Below are positions 39,119-47,776 of a DNA stretch of 64,000 nt, piece by piece. The notes under the pieces are model-generated. The model was not told the DNA's origin, ran no database searches, and saw only the letters and a list, made by a program, of their open reading frames with translations. The stretch is from Flavobacteriales bacterium (GTDB taxonomy: Bacteria > Bacteroidota > Bacteroidia > Flavobacteriales_F > PHOS-HE28): positions 19,321 through 83,320 of the forward strand of contig JBGAGX010000001.1 in assembly GCA_044226515.1 (NCBI GenBank), given 5' to 3'. The position numbers and the translations under genes were made by a program. Positions within the stretch are counted from its first letter, which is position 1; each line of letters starts with the position of its first letter.

Positions 39119-40165
39119 ATGGCCCTCACCGCCATCACCCGGTACAAGCTGCGCAAGCTGCTGAAGTACGTGCTCGTGACCACCGGCACGGCCTGGGTGC
39201 TCACGCTCTTCAGCGGCGATGCCTTGCGCGGCTGGCTCGGCGCGTGGGCCCTGCTCGGGCTGTGGACCGGTGTGCTCGAGGAGTTCCTCTTCGGCCGGCG
39301 CTTCCGGTCGCTCGCCATCCCGCTGCAGTTCCTGGGCAAGGTGATCGCGGTGAACGCCCTCACCATCCTCTTCGTGGCCCTGGCCTTCGCCTCCGACAGC
39401 CAGCAGCAGCTCCCGTTGATGCGCGAAGGCACCTTCAGCGCGGGCGAGATGCTGGCCATGGCGCAGTTCTATCGCCTCATCCTGCGGGTGGTGGTGGTCA
39501 CCTCCATCGCCATCCTAGTGGTGCAGGTGGAGGAGCTCATGGGCCGCCGCATGTTCCTCGGCTTCCTGCTCGGCCGGTACGAACGTCCGGCGGCGGAGGA
39601 GCGCATCGTGCTCTCCATCGACCTGGTGGGTAGCACCGCCCTAGCCGAGAAGCTCGGCGACCTGCGCTACTACCGCTTCCTCAACACCACCTACTCCCTG
39701 CTCACCGATCCGCTGCTGCGCAACGAGGGCGAGATCCACAAGTACGTGGGCGATGAGGTCATCATCACCTGGACCATGGAGGACGGTATCCGGCAGCAGA
39801 ACTGCCTGGACCTGTTCTTCGACCTGCGCGAGCGCATCGCCGCCCATGCCGAGGTGCTGCAGGCCGAGTTCGGGGTGGTGCCCCAGTTCCGCGGGGCCGT
39901 GCACGGGGGGCGGGTGATCGTGGCGCAGGTGGGGCACATCAAGCGCGCCATCGACCTCAGCGGCGACGTGATGAACGCCACCTCGCGCATGGTGGGCGTG
40001 TGCAAGGAGCTCAAGGGTGAACTGCTGGTGAGCGCTGAACTGCTCGGCCGCATCCCGCAGGCGGAGCAGCGCTTCCGCTTCGGTGAACTGGTCGTGGCCC
40101 CCGTGAAGGGCCGCCGACGCGAGGTGCGCGTCCATACCGTGGAACGCCTTTCCCGCACCAACTAG
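39119..40165 (+). CDS. membrane-anchored class III adenylate/guanylate cyclase (6-TM N-terminus plus CYCc domain), paralogue 1
   Basis: Met128 of ORF 38738..40165. Transmembrane region followed by VLSIDLVGSTALAEKLGD…KYVGDEVIITW…DLSGDVMNATSRM, which are cyclase-homology-domain motifs including the metal-binding Asp residues. Confidence 0.8.
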   Translation: MALTAITRYKLRKLLKYVLVTTGTAWVLTLFSGDALRGWLGAWALLGLWTGVLEEFLFGRRFRSLAIPLQFLGKVIAVNALTILFVALAFASDSQQQLPLMREGTFSAGEMLAMAQFYRLILRVVVVTSIAILVVQVEELMGRRMFLGFLLGRYERPAAEERIVLSIDLVGSTALAEKLGDLRYYRFLNTTYSLLTDPLLRNEGEIHKYVGDEVIITWTMEDGIRQQNCLDLFFDLRERIAAHAEVLQAEFGVVPQFRGAVHGGRVIVAQVGHIKRAIDLSGDVMNATSRMVGVCKELKGELLVSAELLGRIPQAEQRFRFGELVVAPVKGRRREVRVHTVERLSRTN

Positions 40166-40229
40166 GTCCAGGACAACGCGGTCGCGCGCGCCCACCTCCC
40201 GGCTTCCCGCGTCATCCTAGCTTCGTGGC

Positions 40230-41327
40230 ATGAAGCGATCGCTGCTCCTTGCCGCGCTGCTCGCCGGCGCCGTGGGGAACGGATCGGCGCAAGGGTTGGC
40301 GCCCTTCACCACCGCCACCGGGCGACTCGTGCTCTTCGATCACGGCCGGTTCCTGGAGGTCGACGAGCGCGAGCCCATGGACCTTGCGCTCACCGGCGAA
40401 GGCCTGCTGTTCGTGGACCATGCCGGCGCCCTGCACAGCGTGGACCAGGATCAGCTGCGCCTGCTCGATCCGGGCCCGGGTGTGCGGCTGATCAACGGGG
40501 GGGCCTTCGGCGCCTGGGCCGTGGGGAACACGCTGAAGGTGGCGGGGCCCGAAGGCGTGCGCACACTTTCCACCGATGCCTTCCTGATCACCGCCAGCGA
40601 CAGCCTGATGGCCTGGGTGGACACCACCCACCACGCCTTGATGACCTGGTGGCGGGGTCGCCTGATCACAACCGCCGTGGTGAACGGGCTTCCAGTGCAG
40701 GCCCCTTGGACCCAAGGCGGCAACACGCTGCTCTTCCACGACCGATCGGCCCACCGGGTATCGATGCTGTACCGGGGACATGTGCAGGTGCTCTTCGACA
40801 GCACCGATATCGCCGAGGTGGCCGCCGGCACCGACCTGGCCGGTTATTGGGACGATCGCCGCGGGGTGTTCCGCGCATGGGACCGCGGCCGCAGGAAGGA
40901 CCTGGAGCCGCTGCGACCGCGCTCCTTCCAGGCCGCGGACGGACTTCTGGCGTACGTGGCCAACGGAGGAGCGTTCAAGTGCTACCGCAATGGGCAGGTG
41001 CACCGGTTGCTCGACCATGCGCCCACCGAGCTTTTCGTGCGCGACAGCCTGGTGGTCTTCGTGGACGGGGGGCGTCTGCTGGTTGAGCACGAAGGCGTGG
41101 CCGAGGTGGTGGAGCCCTACGTGCCCGAGCAGTGGCACGTGGACGGCGGCGTGCTCACCTACCTTGATCTGGACCGTGGTATCCGACGCTGGTCGGCGGG
41201 GAAGCGCACGGTGATCGCCGAAGGCATGGCGGGCCGCCGGTTCGAGGCCTGGGGCGATGTGGTGCTGTGGCGCACACCGGACGGGCTGGTGCGCTGCTGG
41301 TGGAACGGCCGCGTGTTCGAGTTCTGA
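40230..41327 (+). CDS. secreted repeat protein, probable beta-propeller
   Basis: Signal peptide MKRSLLLAALLAGAVGNGSAQ followed by about 8 repeats of ~40 aa of the form (L/V)L(F/Y)(V/H)D..G.L…..G….(L/V). Confidence 0.65.
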   Translation: MKRSLLLAALLAGAVGNGSAQGLAPFTTATGRLVLFDHGRFLEVDEREPMDLALTGEGLLFVDHAGALHSVDQDQLRLLDPGPGVRLINGGAFGAWAVGNTLKVAGPEGVRTLSTDAFLITASDSLMAWVDTTHHALMTWWRGRLITTAVVNGLPVQAPWTQGGNTLLFHDRSAHRVSMLYRGHVQVLFDSTDIAEVAAGTDLAGYWDDRRGVFRAWDRGRRKDLEPLRPRSFQAADGLLAYVANGGAFKCYRNGQVHRLLDHAPTELFVRDSLVVFVDGGRLLVEHEGVAEVVEPYVPEQWHVDGGVLTYLDLDRGIRRWSAGKRTVIAEGMAGRRFEAWGDVVLWRTPDGLVRCWWNGRVFEF

Positions 41328-41331
41328 CCCT

Positions 41332-42411
41332 TCAGCGCGTGGCGGTCTGCTCGCCGGCCCGCGGTTCGATCGTCCAAAGGCTCACCTCGTTGCGCTTGCC
41401 CTTCAAGGGGATGTGCCCGATGTGGCGCCTGCCGTAGAGGTGGTCCGGGAGCCGCAACAGGTCCAGTAGTTCCTTCGACAACAGGTTGTCCACGCCGTGG
41501 TCGTTGCAGCTGTTCTGGATGCGGGCCGCGGTGTTCACCACATCGCCCGAGAAAATGGTCTCCTTCTTCACCAGGCCCACCTCACCGGTGGTGACCTCGC
41601 CGTAGTGGAACCCGGCCTTGAACTGCGGCACCAGCCCGTAGCGCGCCCGGTAATGGTCGGCCCGCTGCTCAAGCTTCCTGCGGATGGCGAAGAAGCACCG
41701 CACGCAGCGCTGTCCCTTGATCCCTTTGCGCAATTGCCAGCTCACGCTCACCTCATCGCCCACGTACTGGTACACCTCCCCTTCGGAGTACACCACCGGG
41801 TCCGTGATGTCCGCGTACACGTCGTTCAGCAGCTCGAAATAGCGTACGTGACCCAGCTCTTCGGCGATGGTGGTGCTCGACCGCATGTCGAGGAACATGA
41901 AGATGCGCAGCTCCTGCCGGGGCTTGTAGTAACGGCCGAGCAGGAAGCCCACACCGCCGCTGCCGTACTGGTCGTTCAGGCGCACCATGAGCATGGTGCC
42001 GCCCATCATCAGCCCGTAGTAGAGGAACTGTCCGAGCTGTTGCAGGGTAAGGAAGCGGGCGAGAAAGGTGGGTGCGAAGGGCGCGCTGCTTGCGGCGGCC
42101 GGCACCACGGCATGGGTGAAGACCACGGTCGGCAGCACCAGGGCGCTCATCACCCCGAAGGCCTGGAGGAAGGGCAGGCCCCGCAGGCGGTCGCGCAGGA
42201 GGAAGATGTAGATGCCACCGCCGACGAGCCCCCCGAGCAGCGAACGCCAGAAATACAGGTTCACCTGGTCCATCAGGGGGCGGGCCACCCCGTTGGCGGT
42301 GAGCACGTTGTTCTCGAGCACGGCGGCCACAAGGCCAGTGCCCACCCAGGCGAGGGCAATGCGCAGGGTGCGCCGGGTACGGCGGCGGTATTTCTCCAGG
42401 TCGCGGATCAT
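41332..42411 (-). CDS. membrane-anchored class III adenylate/guanylate cyclase, paralogue 2
   Basis: Met88 of ORF 41332..42672 (MIRDLEKYRRRTRRTL…). Transmembrane N-terminus, then IFMFLDMRSSTTIAEELG…QYVGDEVSVSW…FSGDVVNTAARIQ. Confidence 0.8.
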   Translation of the reverse strand: MIRDLEKYRRRTRRTLRIALAWVGTGLVAAVLENNVLTANGVARPLMDQVNLYFWRSLLGGLVGGGIYIFLLRDRLRGLPFLQAFGVMSALVLPTVVFTHAVVPAAASSAPFAPTFLARFLTLQQLGQFLYYGLMMGGTMLMVRLNDQYGSGGVGFLLGRYYKPRQELRIFMFLDMRSSTTIAEELGHVRYFELLNDVYADITDPVVYSEGEVYQYVGDEVSVSWQLRKGIKGQRCVRCFFAIRRKLEQRADHYRARYGLVPQFKAGFHYGEVTTGEVGLVKKETIFSGDVVNTAARIQNSCNDHGVDNLLSKELLDLLRLPDHLYGRRHIGHIPLKGKRNEVSLWTIEPRAGEQTATR

Positions 42412-42469
42412 GCGGCTTTGCGGCGGTGTTCGCACCGGCATCGCGGGTGGCCAAAGATAGTCGGGGCCA

Positions 42470-42829
42470 TCAGCGGGCCCGGTCCGCCGCACGGCGCCTG
42501 CGCGGCAGGACGGCCAGGTAGTACCACGCCACGCACACCAGACCGAGCACGAAGAACACCGTGGCGAACGGCCGGGTGCCGTCGTGGGCGAAGAACTCGC
42601 CCAGCATCCACACCGAATTGGCGCAGATCCAGCACACCACGGCCAGGCTGTGCAGGAACTCCCCGGTCTCATCCCGGCTGCGCCAGGCGATCCAGATCGC
42701 CATGAGCACGGTGGGCGCGATCATCAGGGTGCCCAGCACCTGCAGGTCCTGCACCCAGCATAGGTCCTTGAACAGCCACAGCACGATGTGGAAGTTCTCG
42801 CTGGCGCGGAGGGAGGGTAGGGCACGCAT
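42470..42829 (-). CDS. small 3-4 TM membrane protein upstream of cyclase 2
   Basis: Met156 of ORF 42470..43294 (MRALPSLRASENFHIVLWLF…). The remainder of that ORF is low-complexity antisense of the neighbouring gene. Confidence 0.45.
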   Translation of the reverse strand: MRALPSLRASENFHIVLWLFKDLCWVQDLQVLGTLMIAPTVLMAIWIAWRSRDETGEFLHSLAVVCWICANSVWMLGEFFAHDGTRPFATVFFVLGLVCVAWYYLAVLPRRRRAADRAR

Positions 42830-42937
42830 GGGTGATGGATCGGCACGAAGTTCGGACTGGTGCACCACGCTCCAATGGGGTATTTTCGCACCGTACCACC
42901 GGGCCGACACGCGTTCCATGCCTTTTGTTCTCCGATC

Positions 42938-43561
42938 ATGCGGCCCGTCGTCCTCCTCTTGTTGATCCTTCTTGCCTGGCCTGTCGCGAAGGCCCAGAAG
43001 GCGCCACAGCGGTTCCACGTGAAGCTGCATGGCGTGGTCACCGACCATTTCAGCGGCGACCCGGTGAAGGGTGCCCTGGTGCGCCTGCTGAAGGCAGGCC
43101 GCTTCGAGGCCGAGGTGGTGACCCGTGGCGACGGCCGGTACGAGTTCGAACTGGAGCGCGGCTGGCGGTATTCGGTGTGGTACAGCAAGGACGGTTGCGT
43201 CACCAAGCACGTGAACATCGATACCGAGGAGGTGCCGGTGTACCCCGATGTGCCGTTCTACGACATGGACGTACAGGTGAGCCTTTTCGAGCACATCGAG
43301 GATTTCGACTTCAGCGTGTTCCAGCAGCCGCTCGGTGAGGCCTCGTACAAGAAGAGCGTGCGGAACGTGAGCTGGGACCTGGAGTACACCGAGCGCATGC
43401 GCCCGCGGTTGGCCCAGGTGATGGACGAGTACGAGAAGACGTACAACGGGTACTACAAGCGCCGCGCCGGCCGTCGACCGGCCAAGGAACGCTTCAACGT
43501 GCCCGATTCCGCCTCGCGCACGGGGGAGGTGCCTGCACCGGCCCCGCCCGCGGAGAATTGA
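42938..43561 (+). CDS. secreted CarboxypepD_reg-like (transthyretin-fold) domain protein, family member A
   Basis: Signal peptide MRPVVLLLLILLAWPVAKAQ. CarboxypepD_reg-like core VKLHGVVTDHFSGDPVKGALVRLL…GDGRYEFELERGWRYSVWYSKDG, followed by the conserved tail …FDFSVFQQPLGEASYKKSVRNVSWDLEY…. Confidence 0.7.
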   Translation: MRPVVLLLLILLAWPVAKAQKAPQRFHVKLHGVVTDHFSGDPVKGALVRLLKAGRFEAEVVTRGDGRYEFELERGWRYSVWYSKDGCVTKHVNIDTEEVPVYPDVPFYDMDVQVSLFEHIEDFDFSVFQQPLGEASYKKSVRNVSWDLEYTERMRPRLAQVMDEYEKTYNGYYKRRAGRRPAKERFNVPDSASRTGEVPAPAPPAEN

Positions 43562-43586
43562 ACCGTGCGCGCCACGGCCATCGCGT

Positions 43587-44417
43587 TCAGCTCCGGTACC
43601 GGTCCACGAGCTTCACGGCTTCCACGGCCTCCTTCACGTCGTGCACGCGCAGCACGGCCGCCCCGTTCAGCAGGGCGATGGTGTTGAGCACGGTTGTGCC
43701 GTTGAGCGCATCGGCCGCGGTGATGCCGAGCACCTCGTTGATCATGCGCTTGCGCGAAAGGCCCACGAGCACCGGCTGCCCCAGGGCGGTGATGCGCGGC
43801 AGTTCGCGAAGCAGGGCGAAGTTGTGGTCCGTGGTCTTGCCGAAGCCGAAGCCCGGGTCGAGCCACACATCGGCGATGCCGGCCGCCCGGCAGGCGTTCA
43901 AGCGACCGCTCAGGAAAAGCGTGATCTCCGCGGCCACATCGGCGTAGTGCGGCGCCTGTTGCATGGTGGCCGGTGTGCCCTGCATGTGCATGGCGATGTA
44001 AGGCACGTGCAGCGAGGCCACCTTGGGCAGCATGTCCGCATCCAGCAGCCCCGCACCGATGTCGTTCACCAGGCCGGCCCCGGCGGCCACCGCCTCGCAC
44101 GCCACCTGTGCGCGCCAGGTGTCCACGCTGATCAAGGCCTCGGGAAAGCGCGCGTGCACGGCCGCGATCACGGGCACCACGCGGCGCAGTTCCTCCGTGG
44201 GGTCCACCACCGCCGAGCCGGGCCGCGAGCTCGCCCCGCCGATGTCGAGCAAGGCTGCGCCTTCCTCCAGCATGCGTTCCGCCAGGCGCAGGGCGCCATC
44301 CACGGCCACACGGCTTGCACCATGGAACGAGTCAGGCGTGGCGTTCAGGATGCCCATCACCAGCGGCGCGTGGCGCTCCACGAGGCGGTCCTTGATGCGC
44401 AGGGTGAGGGTCGGCAT
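43587..44417 (-). CDS. folP: dihydropteroate synthase
   Basis: Met11 of ORF 43587..44447 (MPTLTLRIKDRLVERHAPLVMGILNATPDSFHGAS…DIGGASSRPG…), the pterin-binding domain. Confidence 0.9.
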   Translation of the reverse strand: MPTLTLRIKDRLVERHAPLVMGILNATPDSFHGASRVAVDGALRLAERMLEEGAALLDIGGASSRPGSAVVDPTEELRRVVPVIAAVHARFPEALISVDTWRAQVACEAVAAGAGLVNDIGAGLLDADMLPKVASLHVPYIAMHMQGTPATMQQAPHYADVAAEITLFLSGRLNACRAAGIADVWLDPGFGFGKTTDHNFALLRELPRITALGQPVLVGLSRKRMINEVLGITAADALNGTTVLNTIALLNGAAVLRVHDVKEAVEAVKLVDRYRS

Positions 44418-44446
44418 GGTGTGATGCGGAACGCGAAATTCGCACA

Positions 44447-45838
44447 ATGCTCCGGGTGTGGCGCCTGCTCCTCCTGCTTGTCGTGGTCATCCCGCACGAG
44501 GTCCGGGCCATCCGGGTGGAGGGCTTCGTGCGCGACGGGTTCACACGGCTTCCCCTGCGCGGGGCGGTCGTCACCTTGGAACGGACCGATGCGGTCCCCA
44601 TGCAGGCGGTCACGCGCATTGACGGCCACTATCGGTTCGAGCTGCACGCAGGCCAGCGCGCGGTGATCCGGTTCGCGTCGAAGGACATGGTGCCGCGGTA
44701 TGTGGTCTTCGATGCCTCCGACGTGCCCAGGGAATGGACGGACGCCTTGGAAGCGAGGTTGGACATGCGGCTCTTTCCGTCCATGGAAGGCCTGGACAGC
44801 TCGCTGGTGGACGCTCCGGCGGGCCTGTGCAGGTGGAACGAGGCAGAGGAGAACCTGGCATGGGACATGGACCGGTCGGCACCCTTGGTCGAGCGTTGGG
44901 AAACCTTGGCGGAGGCACATTTGATGGACTATCCGGAACAGCGGCCCTCGGACCTGCAACGCTGGATGTCCAAGGGCTTCGACCTGGTGTCGGAATGGGC
45001 CCTGTTCGTGTCCTTTGCGCTGATCGGCTTGTTGTACACCGTCCTCGACCGGGCGGTCCGTCGGTTGGGCAGAAGCCTGCGTCTGCTCATGTTGTTGGCT
45101 GTGTTGCTGGGCTCCATCGCCCTGGTGGTCGACCTCGCGGCGGCGGCCGGACCCTTGCGCTTCCTGGCCTTTTTCGGATCAATGAGCGCGGTCCTTTCCG
45201 GTGTGCTGTTGTTGGTGGAACTCTTGGTGGGTCCGACCACTCTGGAGCATGCGATAGGGATGGATGAGGATCCTCTTGCTGAAGAGGACATGATGGACGA
45301 GGAGCCCGGACCCACCTCCGGGTCACGATGGGCGACGTGGTGGCCGATCGTCGTCTTCTTCGTGGTCCTGTTCGCGCTGATGTTCGAAGGCATGATGGGG
45401 CTCGAGAACACGTTGGAGGTTCAGCGCCTGATGGGCATGGGGGCGGCTGTGGGTCTGGCGGCGGCGGCCGTGGTGGCTTGGATCCGTTCGCCCAAGGTGG
45501 TGCGCTCATCCACGCGCCTGGTCATCTGGGCCGGTGGCATCTGGTGGTTCGTCCTGCCCATTCTGGGCGTCGCCTCGGCCTCCTTCCTCAACCGCTCGTT
45601 CATGGAAGAGGTGGAGCAGTGCCGGGTATGGCCGGTGGTGGAGGTGTATGATGGGGGAAAGGGCATCCAGGTGTGGGTGGCGATCAACGGGGAGCGCGAG
45701 CGTCTGGAGATGGACCGCGCGATCAAGGAGCGGCTTACCTCGCTCGACAGCCTGCGCTGTTGCGTGCACCGTGGTGCCTTGGGGTTCGACTTCGTGGAAC
45801 GGGTGGAGCCGGTGATCACAACCCTCGGTCCGCGCTGA
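44447..45838 (+). CDS. CarboxypepD_reg-like domain protein with C-terminal multi-TM region, family member B
   Basis: Start MLRVWRLLLLLVVVIPHEVRAIRVEGFVRDGFTRLPLRGAVVTLERTD…GHYRFELHAGQRAVIRFASKDM, then the conserved tail LCRWNEAEENLAWDMD, then 6-8 hydrophobic helices. Confidence 0.7.
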   Translation: MLRVWRLLLLLVVVIPHEVRAIRVEGFVRDGFTRLPLRGAVVTLERTDAVPMQAVTRIDGHYRFELHAGQRAVIRFASKDMVPRYVVFDASDVPREWTDALEARLDMRLFPSMEGLDSSLVDAPAGLCRWNEAEENLAWDMDRSAPLVERWETLAEAHLMDYPEQRPSDLQRWMSKGFDLVSEWALFVSFALIGLLYTVLDRAVRRLGRSLRLLMLLAVLLGSIALVVDLAAAAGPLRFLAFFGSMSAVLSGVLLLVELLVGPTTLEHAIGMDEDPLAEEDMMDEEPGPTSGSRWATWWPIVVFFVVLFALMFEGMMGLENTLEVQRLMGMGAAVGLAAAAVVAWIRSPKVVRSSTRLVIWAGGIWWFVLPILGVASASFLNRSFMEEVEQCRVWPVVEVYDGGKGIQVWVAINGERERLEMDRAIKERLTSLDSLRCCVHRGALGFDFVERVEPVITTLGPR

Positions 45839-45858
45839 GGTCGTTCCTTTGCGCTCGC

Positions 45859-46401
45859 ATGGAACGTACCCTGGCACAATACGATGCGGTGATCGCCGAG
45901 TGCATGGCGCTCTTCAGCAAGAAGGCGCACGACTACGGCACGGCCTGGCGCATCCTGCGGGTGCCCTCCCTCACGGACCAGATCCTCATCAAGGCCCAGC
46001 GCATCCGTACGCTGCAGACGGTGGGGGAGAGCAAGGTGGGTGAAGGCATCCGCCCGGAGCTCATCGGCATCATCAACTACGCGGCCATGGCGCTCGTGCA
46101 GCTGGAACTGGGGGTGGTGGACGCACCTGACATGGATGCCACCGCCGCCTCCGAGAAGGTCCGGGCCGCCCTGCAGCAGGCGCGCGACCTCATGCTGCGC
46201 AAGAACCACGACTACGGCGAGGCCTGGCGCAGCATGCGCGTGAGCTCCCTGGTGGACCTCATCCTCATGAAGCTGCTGCGCATCAAGCAGATCGAGGACA
46301 ACGCCGGGGCCACCCTCGTGAGCGAGGGCATCGACGCCAACTTCCTGGACATCGTCAACTACGGCGTGTTCGCCATGATCCGCATGGAGGAGGGCGCGTG
46401 A
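45859..46401 (+). CDS. DUF1599 domain protein
   Basis: Met63 of ORF 45673..46401. Duplicated motif HDYG(T/E)AWR…(L/V)(T/V)D(Q/L)IL(I/M)K…RI. This family commonly sits near folP and tpiA in Bacteroidetes (from memory). Confidence 0.75.
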   Translation: MERTLAQYDAVIAECMALFSKKAHDYGTAWRILRVPSLTDQILIKAQRIRTLQTVGESKVGEGIRPELIGIINYAAMALVQLELGVVDAPDMDATAASEKVRAALQQARDLMLRKNHDYGEAWRSMRVSSLVDLILMKLLRIKQIEDNAGATLVSEGIDANFLDIVNYGVFAMIRMEEGA

Positions 46402-46408
46402 GCGGCGC

Positions 46409-46939
46409 TTATTCCAGCCACTTGAACGAGCCCATGATCGCCTCGGCGAGGAAGAGCATCTCGTCCCAGCTGCCCTCCTCGGCCGTGAAGGTGAGGAGGT
46501 AGGCCTTGCCTTCGCGGATCCGCACCACCTGCTTCCAATGCATGGCGCGGCCTGACAGTTCGCCCGTGTACTCGAACTGGTGCATCTCGCCCGTGATGTC
46601 GCGCGTGGCGCTGGACGTGATCATGGTGCCCTTGGCCAGCTGCTGGCCCACCTGGGCCTCGGTGGCGGTCGCGTACTCGGTGAGGCTCACGCCCGGAGCG
46701 TCCTGCACCAGCAGGTTCACGTTCTCGCTGAACAGGTCGCCACTGTCCAAGGGGCTCAGGAAGATCACCGCGGCACCACGTTCGCCGCTCTCATCAACCG
46801 TCCATTCGACCGGATGCGCCAGGCTCACGCCGGCACCACGCCAGGTGGCCCAGGCCGGTTGCTTGCCGCCCGAGGACTGGGCGTGCGCGTTGAAGGTGAG
46901 CAGGCCAAGGGCCAGGGTCAGGAGCACGGGTCGGAGCAT
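46409..46939 (-). CDS. hypothetical secreted protein (PsbP/DcrB-like beta-sandwich suspected)
   Basis: Signal peptide MLRPVLLTLALGLLTFNAHAQ. No firm motif was recognised. Confidence 0.6.
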   Translation of the reverse strand: MLRPVLLTLALGLLTFNAHAQSSGGKQPAWATWRGAGVSLAHPVEWTVDESGERGAAVIFLSPLDSGDLFSENVNLLVQDAPGVSLTEYATATEAQVGQQLAKGTMITSSATRDITGEMHQFEYTGELSGRAMHWKQVVRIREGKAYLLTFTAEEGSWDEMLFLAEAIMGSFKWLE

Positions 46940-46959
46940 GGCGGGAGCGTTCGCAGCGA

Positions 46960-47063
46960 AGATCGCGGATCGCGGCGAACGGGAAACAGATCGCCCCGGC
47001 TATTCACATCGACCTGTTGATCGATCCCCGCCGGATCGCCGTCCCGGCGCTTTGATCCCGATC
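46960..47063. promoter_or_regulatory. GATC-dense repeat cluster (8 GATC, 4 copies of GATCGC[CG]) in the divergent intergenic region upstream of family member C
   Basis: Read directly: gaaGATCGCGGATCGCGgcg…caGATCGCCcc…gttGATCGATCcccgccgGATCGCCgtc…tttGATCccGATCGgcg. About 0.3 GATC would be expected by chance in 100 bp at this composition. Confidence 0.35.
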
Positions 47064-47086
47064 GGCGCGCGGATACGTTTGCCGCC

Positions 47087-47620
47087 ATGTTGAAGGCCTT
47101 GATCGTGGCGGGTTCGGTGTGCCTCCAGGTGCAGGCGGCCGCCTTCAGCTTGAGCATTTCGGGCGTGGTCACCGACTACCTCACGGGCAAGGCCATGGAC
47201 CATGTGCTGGTGCGCGTCTACAAGGACGGGTTGAAGGTGCAGACCCTGGAGACCGGTGCCTCCGGCCAATACGACGTGCACCTGGCGAACAACGCCGAGT
47301 ACGTGATCCGCTTCAGCGCACCGGGGCTCGTCACCAAGTGCTTCACCGTGGATACGCATGGGTTGGAATGGGAGGGCGACCGCAAGGAGAAGGACCTGTG
47401 GGTGGGTATGACGATGATGGAGCGCACCATCGGCCTCGACCTCTCCGTGTTCGACATGCCCATGGGCATGGCCCGTTTCGAACCGGCCACCGGGCTCGTT
47501 ACCTGGGACCTCGATTACGACCGGAAGGTCCGCCCGCAGGTGGAGGACCTCATGGCACGCTACCAACGCTTGATGACCGCACAGGCCAGCGTCTCCACCG
47601 CACGGGAGGCCCGGCCCTGA
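47087..47620 (+). CDS. secreted CarboxypepD_reg-like domain protein, family member C
   Basis: Start MLKALIVAGSVCLQVQAAAFSLSISGVVTDYLTGKAMDHVLVRVYKDG…SGQYDVHLANNAEYVIRFSAPGL, then the tail …LSVFDMPMGMARFEPATGLVTWDLDYDRKVRP…. Confidence 0.7.
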   Translation: MLKALIVAGSVCLQVQAAAFSLSISGVVTDYLTGKAMDHVLVRVYKDGLKVQTLETGASGQYDVHLANNAEYVIRFSAPGLVTKCFTVDTHGLEWEGDRKEKDLWVGMTMMERTIGLDLSVFDMPMGMARFEPATGLVTWDLDYDRKVRPQVEDLMARYQRLMTAQASVSTAREARP

Positions 47621-47750
47621 CAAGTTGGGTTGATGGGGAACCTCGGCCGCTGGCACCTTCGGGTGCTGGTGGCCGCGGTGTTCTCGGGGCATCCACACGC
47701 CGTTGGTGTTAATCAATCTCAAACGCTCGAAGGCTCGATAGGGCTGCCGC

Positions 47751-47758
47751 TATCTTCG
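47751..47758 (+). promoter_or_regulatory. putative -7 promoter element TATCTTCG (TAnnTTTG-like)
   Basis: Lies 18 nt upstream of the ATG at 47777 in an AT-richer stretch (ttaatcaatctcaaacgctcgaaggctcgatagggctgccgcTATCTTCGgccacc). Confidence 0.3.
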
Positions 47759-47776
47759 GCCACCACCCCGCACATC

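Noticed and set aside
39119-42411. Pycsar-like anti-phage system (class III cyclase plus TM effector)
   Set aside because: No cNMP-binding or TIR effector domain is adjacent, and the cyclases themselves are polytopic with housekeeping-like architecture. It was retained only as a low-probability alternative within the cyclase finding.
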